Assembly: GCF_046105845.1 (NCBI RefSeq)
Contig: NZ_CP151004.1
Source: Escherichia coli
GTDB taxonomy: Bacteria; Pseudomonadota; Gammaproteobacteria; Enterobacterales; Enterobacteriaceae
DNA length: 64,000 bases
Reading direction: 5' to 3' (one strand)
A program made the position numbers and the translations under genes. Below the pieces are notes generated by a model. It had not been told where the DNA came from, ran no database searches, and saw only the letters and a program-made list of their open reading frames with translations. Below, piece by piece: positions 37,276 through 50,353 of the stretch (within the stretch, counting starts at the first letter, position 1; the number at the start of each line of letters is the position of its first letter).

Positions 37276-37821
37276 TTAGATAGTTCCGCAAACCTTCTCA
37301 ATCAATTCCGCCGGGAATTGCATCGACTGCATGATGTGTTCGATCATGCTGCATTTACGGCCGGTGTTGGTGTTGGTGATCACCCAATACGGCGTGCCAG
37401 GCACATGTTTCGGCTTGGTCTGATTACCATTTTTCAGCAGCGTTTGTTCATCTGCCGCAAAGTAAACGCGTGTACGACCGTGCAACGATTCCGTTGCTTC
37501 GGCAAACGCCTGGGCGTCAAGAGAATATAGTGTAGACAACAGCAGCATAAAGCGATTGACCGCTCGCTTTTGCTCTGCGTATTCATCCGAAAGCAGAAGT
37601 TCACGCATTGCGCGAACCTTGTCTTTAATCGTTTTGACCGGCTTCGCTTCGACGATAGCAGGTGACGCAACGCGAACCTCTTTCGTCACCGGAGCAGCAG
37701 GCTGTGATGCGGCGGAAAATTTCAACATACGCCGTAAAATGTCGGATGCGCTCTCGCCGATATGCTTAGTGTGGCTGGCAATATAGCTGTAGAGTTCATC
37801 ATCAACTTCAATCGTTTTCAT
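37276..37821 (-). CDS. seqA: Negative modulator of replication initiation SeqA
   Basis: Start set at [35 protein letters not shown] (181 aa); the track ORF runs to 37899. Confidence 0.95.
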
Positions 37822-38005
37822 CTTAATCCAGTGCAGTGTCTTAGCTGAATACAAGTCGCCAGGAGTATATGAATAAATCCCGGCAGCGGATAGCGTCAAG
37901 CCTGGCTTGCAGAAAAACTCGGATTAAACCTTATTTGTTGCAGCCCTGTGGCACAATGGTCAACATAATACCCTAACCCGACAACGCGAAAAAAAGAACT
38001 TTGCC

Positions 38006-38770
38006 ATGAAATTGAATATCCGCGCGCAAACTGCACAAAACCAGCACAATAATTCTCCCATCGTTCTTGTCCATGGTCTGTTTGGTAGCCTAGACAACCT
38101 TGGCGTACTGGCTCGCGATCTGGTAAACGATCACAATATCATCCAGGTTGATATGCGTAACCACGGTCTTTCACCGAGAGATCCGGTAATGAATTACCCG
38201 GCGATGGCCCAGGATCTTGTTGATACCCTGGATGCACTGCAGATCGACAAAGCAACATTTATCGGTCACTCCATGGGCGGTAAAGCGGTAATGGCACTTA
38301 CTGCACTGGCCCCCGATCGGATTGACAAGCTGGTGGCAATTGATATTGCTCCGGTCGATTATCACGTTCGCCGGCATGATGAGATTTTCGCGGCCATCAA
38401 CGCAGTCAGTGAATCGGACGCACAAACTCGCCAGCAAGCAGCGGCAATAATGCGCCAGCATCTTAATGAAGAAGGGGTGATTCAGTTTCTGCTGAAATCT
38501 TTTGTTGACGGGGAGTGGCGCTTTAACGTGCCGGTATTGTGGGATCAGTATCCGCATATTGTGGGTTGGGAGAAAATCCCGGCATGGGATCACCCTGCCC
38601 TGTTTATCCCTGGCGGCAATTCTCCGTATGTTAGCGAGCAGTACCGCGATGATTTACTGGCACAATTTCCACAGGCACGGGCGCATGTGATTGCAGGCGC
38701 GGGTCACTGGGTCCATGCTGAAAAACCGGATGCGGTATTACGCGCTATCCGTCGCTATCTCAATGATTAA
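38006..38770 (+). CDS. ybfF: Alpha/beta-hydrolase esterase YbfF
   Basis: 254-aa ORF MKLNIRAQTAQNQHNNSPIVLVHGLFGSLDNLGVLARDL...; nucleophile motif GHSMGG. Confidence 0.93.
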   Translation: MKLNIRAQTAQNQHNNSPIVLVHGLFGSLDNLGVLARDLVNDHNIIQVDMRNHGLSPRDPVMNYPAMAQDLVDTLDALQIDKATFIGHSMGGKAVMALTALAPDRIDKLVAIDIAPVDYHVRRHDEIFAAINAVSESDAQTRQQAAAIMRQHLNEEGVIQFLLKSFVDGEWRFNVPVLWDQYPHIVGWEKIPAWDHPALFIPGGNSPYVSEQYRDDLLAQFPQARAHVIAGAGHWVHAEKPDAVLRAIRRYLND

Positions 38771-38909
38771 CGCAACTGATTAAAAACCCAGCGTCCGCGT
38801 CGCTTTCCGCGCGTGGGCGTTGGCGTGACTCATCGCGCTGATGTATTATGGCGCGCTATCCATCCGGGCAGAGGCCTGGCTGATTGTTTCCCCCGAAGTC
38901 ACCAAGATC

Positions 38910-39203
38910 ATGGCCAAAGAACAAACGGACCGTACGACATTAGATCTGTTCGCGCACGAGCGTCGACCGGGACGACCGAAAACTAATCCGCTTTCGCGCG
39001 ATGAACAGCTGCGTATTAATAAACGCAACCAGCTAAAACGCGACAAAGTACGTGGCCTTAAGCGTGTCGAACTGAAGCTGAACGCGGAAGCTGTCGAGGC
39101 GCTGAACGAGCTGGCGGAATCGCGCAATATGAGCCGTAGCGAACTGATCGAAGAGATGTTAATGCAGCAACTGGCGGCGCTGCGTAGTCAGGGCATCGTT
39201 TAA
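38910..39203 (+). CDS. ybfE: CopG/ribbon-helix-helix family protein YbfE
   Basis: Start set at [40 protein letters not shown] (97 aa); the track ORF begins at 38841. Confidence 0.85.
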   Translation: MAKEQTDRTTLDLFAHERRPGRPKTNPLSRDEQLRINKRNQLKRDKVRGLKRVELKLNAEAVEALNELAESRNMSRSELIEEMLMQQLAALRSQGIV

Positions 39204-39342
39204 ATTTCCACTTTCATGTAGCACAGTGTGCAGTCCTGCTCGTTTGCTGATTCCGCAAGACTGCCTGTTCTGCTATGATTGCCTTTATCCGTGGGCAATT
39301 TTCCACCCCCATTTCAATAAGTTTCAAGAGGTTACTTCACTC

Positions 39343-39873
39343 ATGGCTATCACTGGCATCTTTTTCGGCAGCGACACCGGTAATACCGAAAATATCGCAA
39401 AAATGATTCAAAAACAGCTTGGTAAAGACGTTGCCGATGTCCATGACATTGCAAAAAGCAGCAAAGAAGATCTGGAAGCTTATGACATTCTGCTGCTGGG
39501 CATCCCAACCTGGTATTACGGCGAAGCGCAGTGTGACTGGGATGACTTCTTCCCGACTCTCGAAGAGATTGATTTCAATGGCAAACTGGTTGCGCTGTTT
39601 GGTTGTGGTGACCAGGAAGATTACGCTGAATACTTCTGCGACGCATTGGGCACCATCCGCGACATCATTGAACCGCGCGGTGCAACCATTGTTGGTCACT
39701 GGCCAACTGCGGGCTATCATTTCGAAGCATCAAAAGGTCTGGCAGATGACGACCACTTTGTCGGTCTGGCTATCGACGAAGACCGTCAGCCGGAACTGAC
39801 CGCTGAACGTGTAGAAAAATGGGTTAAACAGATTTCTGAAGAGTTGCATCTCGACGAAATTCTCAATGCCTGA
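39343..39873 (+). CDS. fldA: Flavodoxin 1
   Basis: Start set at [27 protein letters not shown] (176 aa), with an FMN-binding loop; the track ORF begins at 39226. Confidence 0.96.
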
Positions 39874-39881
39874 TGTGATGC

Positions 39882-39912
39882 GGCGTAGACTCATGTCTAC
39901 GCCGTATTAATA
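39882..39912 (+). terminator. Hairpin downstream of fldA (probable terminator)
   Basis: GGCGTAGAC-tcat-GTCTACGCC perfect 9-bp stem, followed by GTATTAAT (weak U-run). Confidence 0.5.
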
Positions 39913-40082
39913 GATAATGCCAATCAAAATAATTGCTACAAATTTGTAACTTTTGCTGTTGTACCTGTACAATGTCCCGGTGTTCAAGTGGCCTTGCCGT
40001 TGTAAATGTAAGCAGTGCCACGTTTTTATTAACAATATTTGCCAGGGACTTGTGGTTTTCATTTAGGCGTGGCAATTCTATA

Positions 40083-40169
40083 ATGATACGCATTATCTCA
40101 AGAGCAAATTCTGTCACTTCTCCTAATGAAGTGAACCGCTTAGTAACAGGACAGATTCCGCATGACTGA
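40083..40169 (+). CDS. uof: uof, upstream ORF of fur (28-aa leader peptide, translationally coupled to fur)
   Basis: ATG at 40083 gives MIRIISRANSVTSPNEVNRLVTGQIPHD; its stop TGA overlaps the fur start region (fur ATG at 40162). Confidence 0.75.
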   Translation: MIRIISRANSVTSPNEVNRLVTGQIPHD

Positions 40170-40608
40170 TAACAATACCGCCCTAAAGAAAGCTGGCCTG
40201 AAAGTAACACTTCCTCGCTTGAAAATCCTGGAAGTTCTTCAGGAGCCGGACAACCATCACGTCAGTGCGGAAGATTTATACAAACGTCTGATCGATATGG
40301 GTGAAGAAATTGGTCTGGCTACGGTATATCGCGTACTGAACCAGTTTGACGACGCTGGTATCGTCACCCGCCACAATTTTGAAGGCGGTAAATCCGTATT
40401 TGAACTGACACAGCAACATCACCACGATCACCTGATCTGCCTCGACTGCGGCAAGGTTATCGAATTTAGTGATGATTCCATCGAAGCGCGTCAGCGTGAA
40501 ATTGCCGCAAAACATGGCATTCGCCTGACTAACCACAGTCTCTATCTTTACGGTCACTGTGCCGAAGGCGATTGCCGCGAAGATGAGCACGCGCACGAAG
40601 GCAAATAA
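40162..40608 (+). CDS. fur: Ferric uptake regulator Fur
   Basis: 148-aa ORF MTDNNTALKKAGLKVTLPRLKILEVLQEPDNHHVSAEDLYKRLIDMGEEIGLATVYRVLNQFDDAGIV... Confidence 0.98.
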   Translation: MTDNNTALKKAGLKVTLPRLKILEVLQEPDNHHVSAEDLYKRLIDMGEEIGLATVYRVLNQFDDAGIVTRHNFEGGKSVFELTQQHHHDHLICLDCGKVIEFSDDSIEARQREIAAKHGIRLTNHSLYLYGHCAEGDCREDEHAHEGK

Positions 40609-40617
40609 GCCAGCCGG

Positions 40618-40645
40618 AACGAGAAAAGCCAACCTGCGGGTTGGC
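40618..40645 (+). terminator. Rho-independent terminator of fur
   Basis: AAGCCAACC-tgcg-GGTTGGCTT followed by TTTTTAT. Confidence 0.8.
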
Positions 40646-40691
40646 TTTTTTATACACGGGAAATAAGAAAAGCGAGAGTTACAGCTCTCAC

Positions 40692-41018
40692 TTATTTGTT
40701 ATTACTGCGAATTTCCTGCCAGACCTTATCACAGTCGGCTTTTACCGCCTGATCATTTCCGGTTTGCGTTGCGCGCAGACACTGCTGATAATCCAGTACG
40801 CGTACACTTTCCTGATCGGCAAACTGCTGATGTTGTTTCTCTTTCTTCAGCACGTTTAACACGCTCTGGCAGGCTTCAATTTTTTCTGGCGAACCTTGCG
40901 CGGTGTTAATACAGGCGCTGTATGCCTCTTTCAGACGACTGTCTTCCTGTGGCGCGGTTGATTGCGCACAAGCTACCAGCCCCGATGCAATCATGGCGAT
41001 GAGAATCAGTTTTTTCAT
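40692..41018 (-). CDS. chiQ: Lipoprotein ChiQ (YbfN), cotranscribed with chiP
   Basis: 108-aa ORF MKKLILIAMIASGLVACAQSTAPQEDSRL... with a lipobox (LVAC). Confidence 0.9.
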   Translation of the reverse strand: MKKLILIAMIASGLVACAQSTAPQEDSRLKEAYSACINTAQGSPEKIEACQSVLNVLKKEKQHQQFADQESVRVLDYQQCLRATQTGNDQAVKADCDKVWQEIRSNNK

Positions 41019-41067
41019 AGCAAATTCCTCAAACGTGCGGCAGGCACAAAACCTGCCGCGTCAGGCA

Positions 41068-42474
41068 TCAGAAGATGGTGAATGGTGCGATTACCATAAA
41101 TTTCACGTCACGCTCATCCTGGAAGATGTTGCCGTAACCACCGCCCCAGCTTGGGATGTCGGAGTGGTTGTCGTATTCGGTGAAGTGCAGTTTGAACATC
41201 GTGCCTTTGGCACGACCGTCCTGAATGGTGTAGACCGCATCCAGGCTGTAGGCAGACTCTTCAATAGTCCGGTTTTTGTCGTAGTACGCATCCGGATTGC
41301 TCTGCCAGGTCGCAGGTTTAGCATCCCATGCGTAAACGTAGGAAGCGCCGATGGCGAAGCCTGGAAGATTCCAGTTTTTCAGGTCATACATCGCACCGAA
41401 GAAGACCGCTTTTTCGCCGTTGGCGTTGAAGTCAGAACGGTTATCCCACCAGATATCCAGGCGACCGTTCGAGGAAGCGTAGGTTGGAGTCATACGTTGC
41501 AGGAAATATCCCTGCTGACCGTCGGCTTTAACCCAGGTGCCTTCCAGACGCAAATCCACTACATCAGCCGCCCGGTAACCAAAGGTCAACGCTTGCAGCC
41601 AGGCAGTGCCGTCGTAAAGGTCGTTGACGCTGCGATCGTCAACTTTATCGCGCGTACCATAGAACTGGTAGCTGGTGGTTAACGGGCTACCGGCGATATC
41701 AAATTTGTAGCTGGCTTTGGCAAAATATTGATCGATATACCCTTCTGCCTGACCAAATGCCGCTTCCAGTACAAAGTTATTTTTGAAGTCGTACTTCGCA
41801 CCAATAGAATGCAGATAATCAACTTTGGTGGTTTTATCGTTCTGATAAAACTCATCCATTTCCAGATGCCACGGTGCTTTGTATTCGTTGGTCCACATGT
41901 AGGAGAAACTCAACGCACCCGCATCGCCGTAATCAAAATTCGCCCCGGCTTCCGCACCCTGATAAGTACCCGGCATAAAGCTCCAGTGCGGCGCTAACAG
42001 CGTTTGACCAGTTGGCTGAATGTAACCTGCCCTCGCCCACACCGGACCGTATTTAAATTTGGCCGCTGCTTTATACAGGCTTATACCGCTTTTGTCGCCG
42101 GACCAGTCTTCGTCATAGGCTTTATTGCTTTTTGAAAACGCGATTTCGTTCGGGTGAGAGCTGTCACCGTTTTCCGCCATTTCAATCGCCGTAAACGCAG
42201 CAATATCAAGGCCGAACATATCAGCAGCATAACCAGACTGAAAATCGAGGTTGGCGTTCCAGGTGGAGTGAGAAAGGTTGGTTTTGTATTTGTCGCCGTC
42301 GGTAACATCTTTACGGTCGCGTTCACGCTGCCAGTAATAGATACCGCCGGTTAAGGTTGAATCGTCGATGAATCCTTCGGCGCGAGCCTCCGGCATTGCC
42401 ATAAAGCCCGACATTGCTGTAACACCGGCGATAGCCAGCGCCAGCGTACTACGTTTGCCACTAAACGTACGCAT
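41068..42474 (-). CDS. chiP: Chitoporin (chitooligosaccharide outer-membrane porin, OprD family)
   Basis: 468-aa [58 protein letters not shown]..., C-terminal F. Confidence 0.95.
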   Translation of the reverse strand: MRTFSGKRSTLALAIAGVTAMSGFMAMPEARAEGFIDDSTLTGGIYYWQRERDRKDVTDGDKYKTNLSHSTWNANLDFQSGYAADMFGLDIAAFTAIEMAENGDSSHPNEIAFSKSNKAYDEDWSGDKSGISLYKAAAKFKYGPVWARAGYIQPTGQTLLAPHWSFMPGTYQGAEAGANFDYGDAGALSFSYMWTNEYKAPWHLEMDEFYQNDKTTKVDYLHSIGAKYDFKNNFVLEAAFGQAEGYIDQYFAKASYKFDIAGSPLTTSYQFYGTRDKVDDRSVNDLYDGTAWLQALTFGYRAADVVDLRLEGTWVKADGQQGYFLQRMTPTYASSNGRLDIWWDNRSDFNANGEKAVFFGAMYDLKNWNLPGFAIGASYVYAWDAKPATWQSNPDAYYDKNRTIEESAYSLDAVYTIQDGRAKGTMFKLHFTEYDNHSDIPSWGGGYGNIFQDERDVKFMVIAPFTIF

Positions 42475-42876
42475 GGGTTAATCCTCTTTGACGTATAAAT
42501 TGCTGCACCAAAGGTGAACAGCGAAAAAAATAAAAATTAAAAAAGTAGCGTTGAGAAAAGTCTCGCTGACTACAGGAACAGACTATTTTTCGCGACGCGA
42601 ATTATCAATCTCTTTCTGTAACCAGAATGTAAGAACATGAGCAACCGCACATATTTTGATGATTTTTGTTACAAGGCTTAAGTTTGCTGTTGAAAGGCTT
42701 GCAGAAGAATAAAAGCGTGAAATTCCAGCAAGATGAAAGCGGTTACATTTTATTTAATTATGGCTTGTGATTTTAAATTTGTTTTATGGATAAATTGCGA
42801 AGCGGAATTAATTCGCGAAGAAAAGCAGAAAAAAACGCCGCAGAGCGCGGCGTTTTGGATTGTTTGCATGTTTCAT

Positions 42877-42908
42877 GCCGGATGCGGCGTAAACGCCTCA
42901 CCCGGCCT
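42877..42908. repeat. REP element downstream of glnS
   Basis: GCCGGATGCGGCGTAAACGCCTCACCCGGCC. Confidence 0.7.
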
Positions 42909-42922
42909 GGTAGAACTTAAAA

Positions 42923-44587
42923 TTACTCGCCTACTTTCGCCCAGGTATCACGCAGCCCAACGGTGCGGTTAAATACCGGTTTTTCCGCCGTAGAATGGCG
43001 GCTGTCGAGGCAGAAATAACCTTCACGCTCAAACTGGAATGCTTTACCCGCTACCGCGTCTTTCAGAGACGGTTCAGCAAAGCCCTGTTTGATCACCAGC
43101 GATTCCGGGTTAATCACCGACAGGAAATCATCCGCAGCACCTGGGTTCGGCACGCTGAACAGACGATCGTACAGGCGGATTTCAACCGGCAGCGCATGTG
43201 CCGCGCTCACCCAGTGGATAACACCTTTCACTTTACGACCATCTGCCGGATCTTTGCTTAAGGTGTCGGCGTCATAAGTACAGAAGATGGTGGTGATATT
43301 GCCTTCGGCATCTTTCTCCACGCGTTCAGCCTTAATGACGTAAGCATTACGCAGACGCACTTCTTTACCCAGCACCAGACGTTTGTACTGCTTGTTAGCT
43401 TCTTCGCGGAAATCGGCGCGATCGATCCAAATCTCACCGCTAAACGGCACCTGACGGCTCCCCATTTCCGGTTTGTTCGGATGGTTCGGCATGGTGACCA
43501 TTTCGCCTTCGCCATGGTAGTTTTCGATAACCAGTTTCACCGGATCGATAACCGCCATTGCGCGCGGCGCATTTTCGTTGAGATCTTCACGGATGCAGGA
43601 TTCCAGTGACGCCATCTCAATGGTGTTGTCCTGCTTGGTCACGCCGATGCGTTTGCAGAACTCACGAATAGAAGCCGCAGTGTAACCACGACGACGCAGA
43701 CCGGAAATGGTCGGCATACGCGGGTCATCCCAGCCTTCAACGTGCTTGTCGGTCACCAGCAGGTTCAGCTTACGCTTGGACATCACGGTGTATTCCAGAT
43801 TCAGGCGCGAGAATTCGTACTGGCGCGGGTGAACAGGAATGGTGATGTTGTCCAGTACCCAGTCGTACAGACGACGGTTGTCCTGGAACTCAAGCGTACA
43901 CAGAGAGTGCGTAATACCTTCCAGCGCATCGCTGATGCAATGGGTGAAGTCGTACATCGGGTAGATGCACCACTTGTTGCCAGTCTGGTGGTGTTCAGCA
44001 AATTTAATGCGGTACAGCACCGGATCGCGCATTACGATAAATGGCGACGCCATGTCGATTTTCGCACGCAGGCAGGCTTTACCTTCTTCAAAACCACCGG
44101 TACGCATTTTTTCGAACAGCGCCAGGTTCTCTTCAACGCTGCGGTCGCGGTACGGGCTGTTTTTACCCGGCTGCGTCAGGGTGCCGCGGTATTCGCGGAT
44201 CTGTTCCGGTGTCAGTTCATCAACGTACGCCAGGCCTTTATTGATCAGTTCGATCGCATAGGCGTGGAGCTGATCAAAATAATCGGAGGAGTAACGGACG
44301 TTACCAGACCAGTGAAAACCTAACCACTCAACGTCGTTTTTGATCGACTCAACATACTCGATATCTTCTTTTACCGGGTTAGTGTCGTCGAAACGCAGGT
44401 TGCACTGGCCTTTATAGTCCTGGGCGATCCCGAAGTTCAGGCAGATAGATTTCGCATGGCCAATATGCAGATAGCCATTCGGCTCCGGCGGGAAACGGGT
44501 GTGTACTGTGGTGTGCTTACCACTGGCCAGATCTTCATCGATGATCTGACGAATAAAGTTAGTCGGGCGGGCTTCTGCCTCACTCAT
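42923..44587 (-). CDS. glnS: Glutaminyl-tRNA synthetase
   Basis: 554-aa [50 protein letters not shown]... with HIGH and VMSKR motifs. Confidence 0.98.
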   Translation of the reverse strand: MSEAEARPTNFIRQIIDEDLASGKHTTVHTRFPPEPNGYLHIGHAKSICLNFGIAQDYKGQCNLRFDDTNPVKEDIEYVESIKNDVEWLGFHWSGNVRYSSDYFDQLHAYAIELINKGLAYVDELTPEQIREYRGTLTQPGKNSPYRDRSVEENLALFEKMRTGGFEEGKACLRAKIDMASPFIVMRDPVLYRIKFAEHHQTGNKWCIYPMYDFTHCISDALEGITHSLCTLEFQDNRRLYDWVLDNITIPVHPRQYEFSRLNLEYTVMSKRKLNLLVTDKHVEGWDDPRMPTISGLRRRGYTAASIREFCKRIGVTKQDNTIEMASLESCIREDLNENAPRAMAVIDPVKLVIENYHGEGEMVTMPNHPNKPEMGSRQVPFSGEIWIDRADFREEANKQYKRLVLGKEVRLRNAYVIKAERVEKDAEGNITTIFCTYDADTLSKDPADGRKVKGVIHWVSAAHALPVEIRLYDRLFSVPNPGAADDFLSVINPESLVIKQGFAEPSLKDAVAGKAFQFEREGYFCLDSRHSTAEKPVFNRTVGLRDTWAKVGE

Positions 44588-44744
44588 CGTGGATTCCTCA
44601 AAGCGTAAACAACGTATAACGGCGTATGATCTTATAAGCGGGACAGGCTGACAACTGTTAGTTAGTGAAAATCGAAAATCTCACTGAGATTATGGGGATG
44701 ATTGATGAAAAAAAAAGCGGCAGAGAAGATCTCCACCGCTTGTC

Positions 44745-44780
44745 ATTGTTGGATGCGACGCTCAAGCGTCGCATCAGGCA
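44745..44780. repeat. REP-like palindrome between nagE and glnS (may act as the nagE terminator)
   Basis: GATGCGACGCTCAAGCGTCGCATC perfect inverted repeat. Confidence 0.65.
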
Positions 44781-44789
44781 TAAAGAAGA

Positions 44790-46736
44790 TTACTTTTTGA
44801 TTTCATACAGCGGCGTTTGACCCGCCACGACATGGCCCTGAGCTTTAATGATCAAGCCACTGAAATCGTCGATATTGCTGCAAACCACCGGGCTAATCAT
44901 CGAGCGGGCGTTAGCGTTCAGGTAATCCAGATCCATTTCCAGAATCGGTTGCCCTGCGCTTACCTGCGCGCCCTCTTCCACCAGACGTTTAAAGCCTTTA
45001 CCTTCCAGCGCTACGGTGTCGATACCCATATGGACGACGATCTCCGCGCCTTTTTCGGTTTCCAGGCAGAACGCGTGGTTGGTATTGAAGATTTTCACGA
45101 TTGTCCCTGCGGCTGGTGATACGACGATTTTATCTGTCGGTTTCACCGCCACACCGTCACCCACCGCTTTGCTGGCGAATGCTTCGTCAGGAACCTGATT
45201 CAGTGCCACAACATCACCGGTAATCGGCGATACCAGCTCCGCGATAGACACCGCGTTTGGTACAGCCTGCGGTTTTGCTACAGGAGCGGCAGTTGCCGGA
45301 GTTGCTTCAGCTGACGCAGCGGCTACCGGACCACGGGCAACAACTTTCTTCATTGCATCGCCAATGGATTCCGCTTTCGCGCCAACAATCACCTGAATAG
45401 TCTGTTTGTTCAGTTTCACTACCCCAGAAGCACCCAGCCGTTTACACATCGCATCGTTGACGCGAGCCGAGTCAACCACGGTCAGGCGCAGACGAGTAAT
45501 ACAGGCGTCAATTGCTTTCAGGTTGTCAGTACCGCCAACCGCAGCAATATAGTTGGTCGCCAGTTGAGTCAGACCTTCTTCCGTGTTGCTGTTGGCTTCT
45601 TCAGTAACGATCTCGTCTTCTTTATCTTCACGGCCCGGCGTTTTCAGGTTGAACATACGGATAACCAAACTGAACACCACGAAGTAGATAGCGAAGAAGA
45701 CAACACCCATCACCAGCAGCATCCAGACGTTCTGGCTGGCGGCCGGCAGGTTATACATCAACGCGTAGTCGATAGCCCCCGCAGAGAAGGAGAAGCCCGC
45801 GTGGATACCCAGCAGCGTTGCCACAAACAGGCTGATACCGGTCAGCAGTGCGTGCAGGAGGTACAGCAGCGGCGCAAGGAACATGAACAGGAATTCCAGC
45901 GGCTCAGTCACACCGGTCAGGAACGCAGTAACAGCAACAGAAAGCAGCATACCGCCAACCATCGGACGACGCTCTTTCGGTGCTGCAAAGTACATCGCCA
46001 GCGCCGCACCCGGCAGACCGAACATCATGATCGGGAAGAAGCCGGACATGAACATCCCCGCGGTGCCGTCACCGGCATAGAAGCGGTTAATGTCGCCGTG
46101 GAAAACCGTACCCGCCGCGTTGGTGAATTCACCAATCTGGAACCAGGCGATGGTGTTCAGTACCTGATGCAGACCGGTTGGGATCAGCAGACGGTTGATG
46201 AAACCAAAGATACCGGAACCCAGCGCGCCCGCAGAAACGATCCACTCGCCGCCTGCATGGATAGCGTGCTGTACCGGCGGCCAGACGTAACCAAAAATGG
46301 CCGCCAGCACCAGGCAGAAGAAGCCGGTGGCAATCGGCACAAAGCGTTTGCCGCCGAAGAAGCTCAGGAAGTCAGGCAGTTTAATATCGGACCAACGGTT
46401 ATAGGCTGCGCCACCAACCAGACCGGTAATGATACCCGCCAGTACACCCATGTTAATTTCTGGGTTGATGGTCACCATCGCTTTGGTTAACACAAAGTAA
46501 CCTACCGCACCCGCCAGCGCCGCCGCACCCGCGCTGTCTTTCGACCAGCTGGATGCCACACCGATGGCGAAGATTAATGCGAGGTTATCAAAAATCGCAC
46601 CGCCCGCCTGGGCAATAAACGCAACGTTAAGTAAATCTGGCTGACCGAATCGCAGCAACAGCGCCGCCACCGGCAGCACCGCGATAGGGAGCTGTAACGC
46701 CCTACCGAGTCGCTGGAAAAAACCTAAAATATTCAT
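44790..46736 (-). CDS. nagE: PTS N-acetylglucosamine-specific EIICBA component
   Basis: 648-aa ORF MNILGFFQRLGRALQLPIAVLPVAALLLRFGQPDLLNVAF... with C-terminal EIIB (Cys) and EIIA domains. Confidence 0.97.
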   Translation of the reverse strand: MNILGFFQRLGRALQLPIAVLPVAALLLRFGQPDLLNVAFIAQAGGAIFDNLALIFAIGVASSWSKDSAGAAALAGAVGYFVLTKAMVTINPEINMGVLAGIITGLVGGAAYNRWSDIKLPDFLSFFGGKRFVPIATGFFCLVLAAIFGYVWPPVQHAIHAGGEWIVSAGALGSGIFGFINRLLIPTGLHQVLNTIAWFQIGEFTNAAGTVFHGDINRFYAGDGTAGMFMSGFFPIMMFGLPGAALAMYFAAPKERRPMVGGMLLSVAVTAFLTGVTEPLEFLFMFLAPLLYLLHALLTGISLFVATLLGIHAGFSFSAGAIDYALMYNLPAASQNVWMLLVMGVVFFAIYFVVFSLVIRMFNLKTPGREDKEDEIVTEEANSNTEEGLTQLATNYIAAVGGTDNLKAIDACITRLRLTVVDSARVNDAMCKRLGASGVVKLNKQTIQVIVGAKAESIGDAMKKVVARGPVAAASAEATPATAAPVAKPQAVPNAVSIAELVSPITGDVVALNQVPDEAFASKAVGDGVAVKPTDKIVVSPAAGTIVKIFNTNHAFCLETEKGAEIVVHMGIDTVALEGKGFKRLVEEGAQVSAGQPILEMDLDYLNANARSMISPVVCSNIDDFSGLIIKAQGHVVAGQTPLYEIKK

Positions 46737-46856
46737 CTTATTCCCCCTACGAGAACCCTATTTGGCTCGTTTAAAGCCGTATTTTTATTTTGCTGCAAAT
46801 TGTACTGCCGATGTTCTGTAATCAGATTGTTAGATCATCTGCTACAGAGTGTGTGA

Positions 46857-46883
46857 AAATTTAATTCGTATCGCAAATTAAAA
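46857..46883. promoter_or_regulatory. NagC operator (near-palindromic) in the nagE-nagB divergent control region
   Basis: AAATTTAATTCGTATCGCAAATTAAAA. A second, weaker candidate (TTATTTTATCATTCAAAAAATC) lies near 46956-46980. Confidence 0.6.
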
Positions 46884-46893
46884 GCGTGTCTTT

Positions 46894-46910
46894 TGTGAGT
46901 TTTGTCACCA
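46894..46910. promoter_or_regulatory. CRP binding site in the nagE-nagB control region
   Basis: TGTGA-gttttg-TCACC, matching the TGTGA-N6-TCACA consensus. Confidence 0.65.
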
Positions 46911-47068
46911 AATATCGTTATCATCACTCCCTTTTACTGGCTAAACCAGAAAACTTATTTTATCATTCAAAAAATCAGGTCGGATTGACGCCTGTCTGCG
47001 CAAATCCAGGTTACGCTTAAAGATGCCTAATCCGCCAACGGCTTACATTTTACTTATTGAGGTGAATA

Positions 47069-49077
<2,009 letters not shown>

Positions 49078-49085
49078 GAGAAAGT

Positions 49086-50306
49086 ATGACACCAGGCGGA
49101 CAAGCTCAGATAGGTAATGTTGATCTCGTAAAACAGCTTAACAGCGCGGCGGTTTATCGCCTGATTGACCAGTATGGGCCAATCTCGCGGATTCAGATTG
49201 CCGAGCAAAGCCAGCTTGCCCCCGCCAGCGTAACCAAAATTACGCGTCAGCTTATCGAACGCGGGCTGATTAAAGAAGTTGATCAGCAGGCCTCCACCGG
49301 GGGCCGCCGCGCTATCTCTATCGTCACCGAAACCCGCAATTTCCACGCAATCGGCGTACGGCTTGGTCGTCACGACGCCACCATCACCCTGTTTGATCTC
49401 AGCAGCAAAGTGCTGGCAGAAGAACATTACCCGTTGCCGGAACGTACCCAGCAGACGCTGGAACATGCCCTGCTGAATGCCATTGCTCAGTTTATTGATA
49501 GCTACCAGCGCAAGCTGCGCGAGCTGATCGCCATTTCCGTGATCCTGCCAGGGCTTGTTGACCCGGACAGCGGCAAAATTCATTACATGCCGCATATTCA
49601 GGTAGAAAACTGGGGGCTGGTAGAAGCACTGGAAGAACGTTTTAAAGTGACCTGTTTCGTCGGCCACGATATCCGTAGTCTGGCGCTGGCAGAGCACTAC
49701 TTCGGTGCAAGTCAGGATTGCGAAGACTCCATTTTAGTGCGTGTCCATCGCGGGACCGGGGCAGGGATTATCTCTAACGGGCGCATTTTTATTGGCCGCA
49801 ACGGTAACGTCGGTGAAATTGGCCATATTCAGGTCGAACCGCTGGGTGAACGCTGCCACTGCGGCAACTTTGGCTGCCTGGAAACTATTGCTGCCAACGC
49901 TGCTATTGAACAACGGGTGTTGAATCTGTTAAAGCAGGGCTACCAGAGCCGCGTGCCGCTGGACGACTGCACCATAAAAACTATCTGCAAAGCTGCGAAC
50001 AAAGGCGATAGCCTGGCGTCGGAAGTGATTGAGTATGTCGGTCGTCATCTGGGCAAAACCATCGCCATTGCGATCAACTTATTTAATCCGCAAAAAATTG
50101 TTATTGCCGGTGAAATCACCGAAGCCGATAAAGTGCTGCTCCCTGCTATTGAAAGCTGCATTAATACCCAGGCGCTGAAGGCGTTTCGCACTAATCTTCC
50201 GGTGGTACGTTCTGAGCTGGATCACCGCTCGGCAATCGGCGCTTTTGCGCTGGTAAAACGCGCCATGCTCAACGGTATTTTGCTCCAGCATTTGCTGGAA
50301 AATTAA
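49086..50306 (+). CDS. nagC: N-acetylglucosamine repressor NagC (ROK family)
   Basis: 406-aa ORF MTPGGQAQIGNVDLVKQLNSAAVYRLIDQYGPISRIQIAEQSQLAPASVTKITRQL... Confidence 0.96.
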   Translation: MTPGGQAQIGNVDLVKQLNSAAVYRLIDQYGPISRIQIAEQSQLAPASVTKITRQLIERGLIKEVDQQASTGGRRAISIVTETRNFHAIGVRLGRHDATITLFDLSSKVLAEEHYPLPERTQQTLEHALLNAIAQFIDSYQRKLRELIAISVILPGLVDPDSGKIHYMPHIQVENWGLVEALEERFKVTCFVGHDIRSLALAEHYFGASQDCEDSILVRVHRGTGAGIISNGRIFIGRNGNVGEIGHIQVEPLGERCHCGNFGCLETIAANAAIEQRVLNLLKQGYQSRVPLDDCTIKTICKAANKGDSLASEVIEYVGRHLGKTIAIAINLFNPQKIVIAGEITEADKVLLPAIESCINTQALKAFRTNLPVVRSELDHRSAIGAFALVKRAMLNGILLQHLLEN

Positions 50307-50353
50307 TGTGCTTTTATAGTGGCGCTTATTGTTGTCAATATTCTGGGTAGTCC

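Noticed and set aside
35883-37283. 466-aa plus-strand ORF opposite pgm
   Set aside because: Antisense shadow ORF; pgm on the minus strand is unambiguous.
37250-37301. N-terminally extended starts given by the ORF track for pgm, seqA, fldA, ybfE, asnB, abrB, ybgA, kdpA, kdpC, kdpD and sdhC
   Set aside because: In each case an internal start with a proper RBS reproduces the canonical N-terminus (signal peptide or known first residues); the extensions are just the longest open frame. The coordinates given are for the pgm example.
42733-42972. 79-aa plus-strand ORF in the chiP upstream / glnS downstream region
   Set aside because: It overlaps a REP element and the glnS 3' end; REP sequences commonly generate spurious ORFs.
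45564-46490. 308-aa plus-strand ORF opposite nagE
   Set aside because: Antisense shadow ORF; Arg/His/Gln-rich translation that does not look like a protein.
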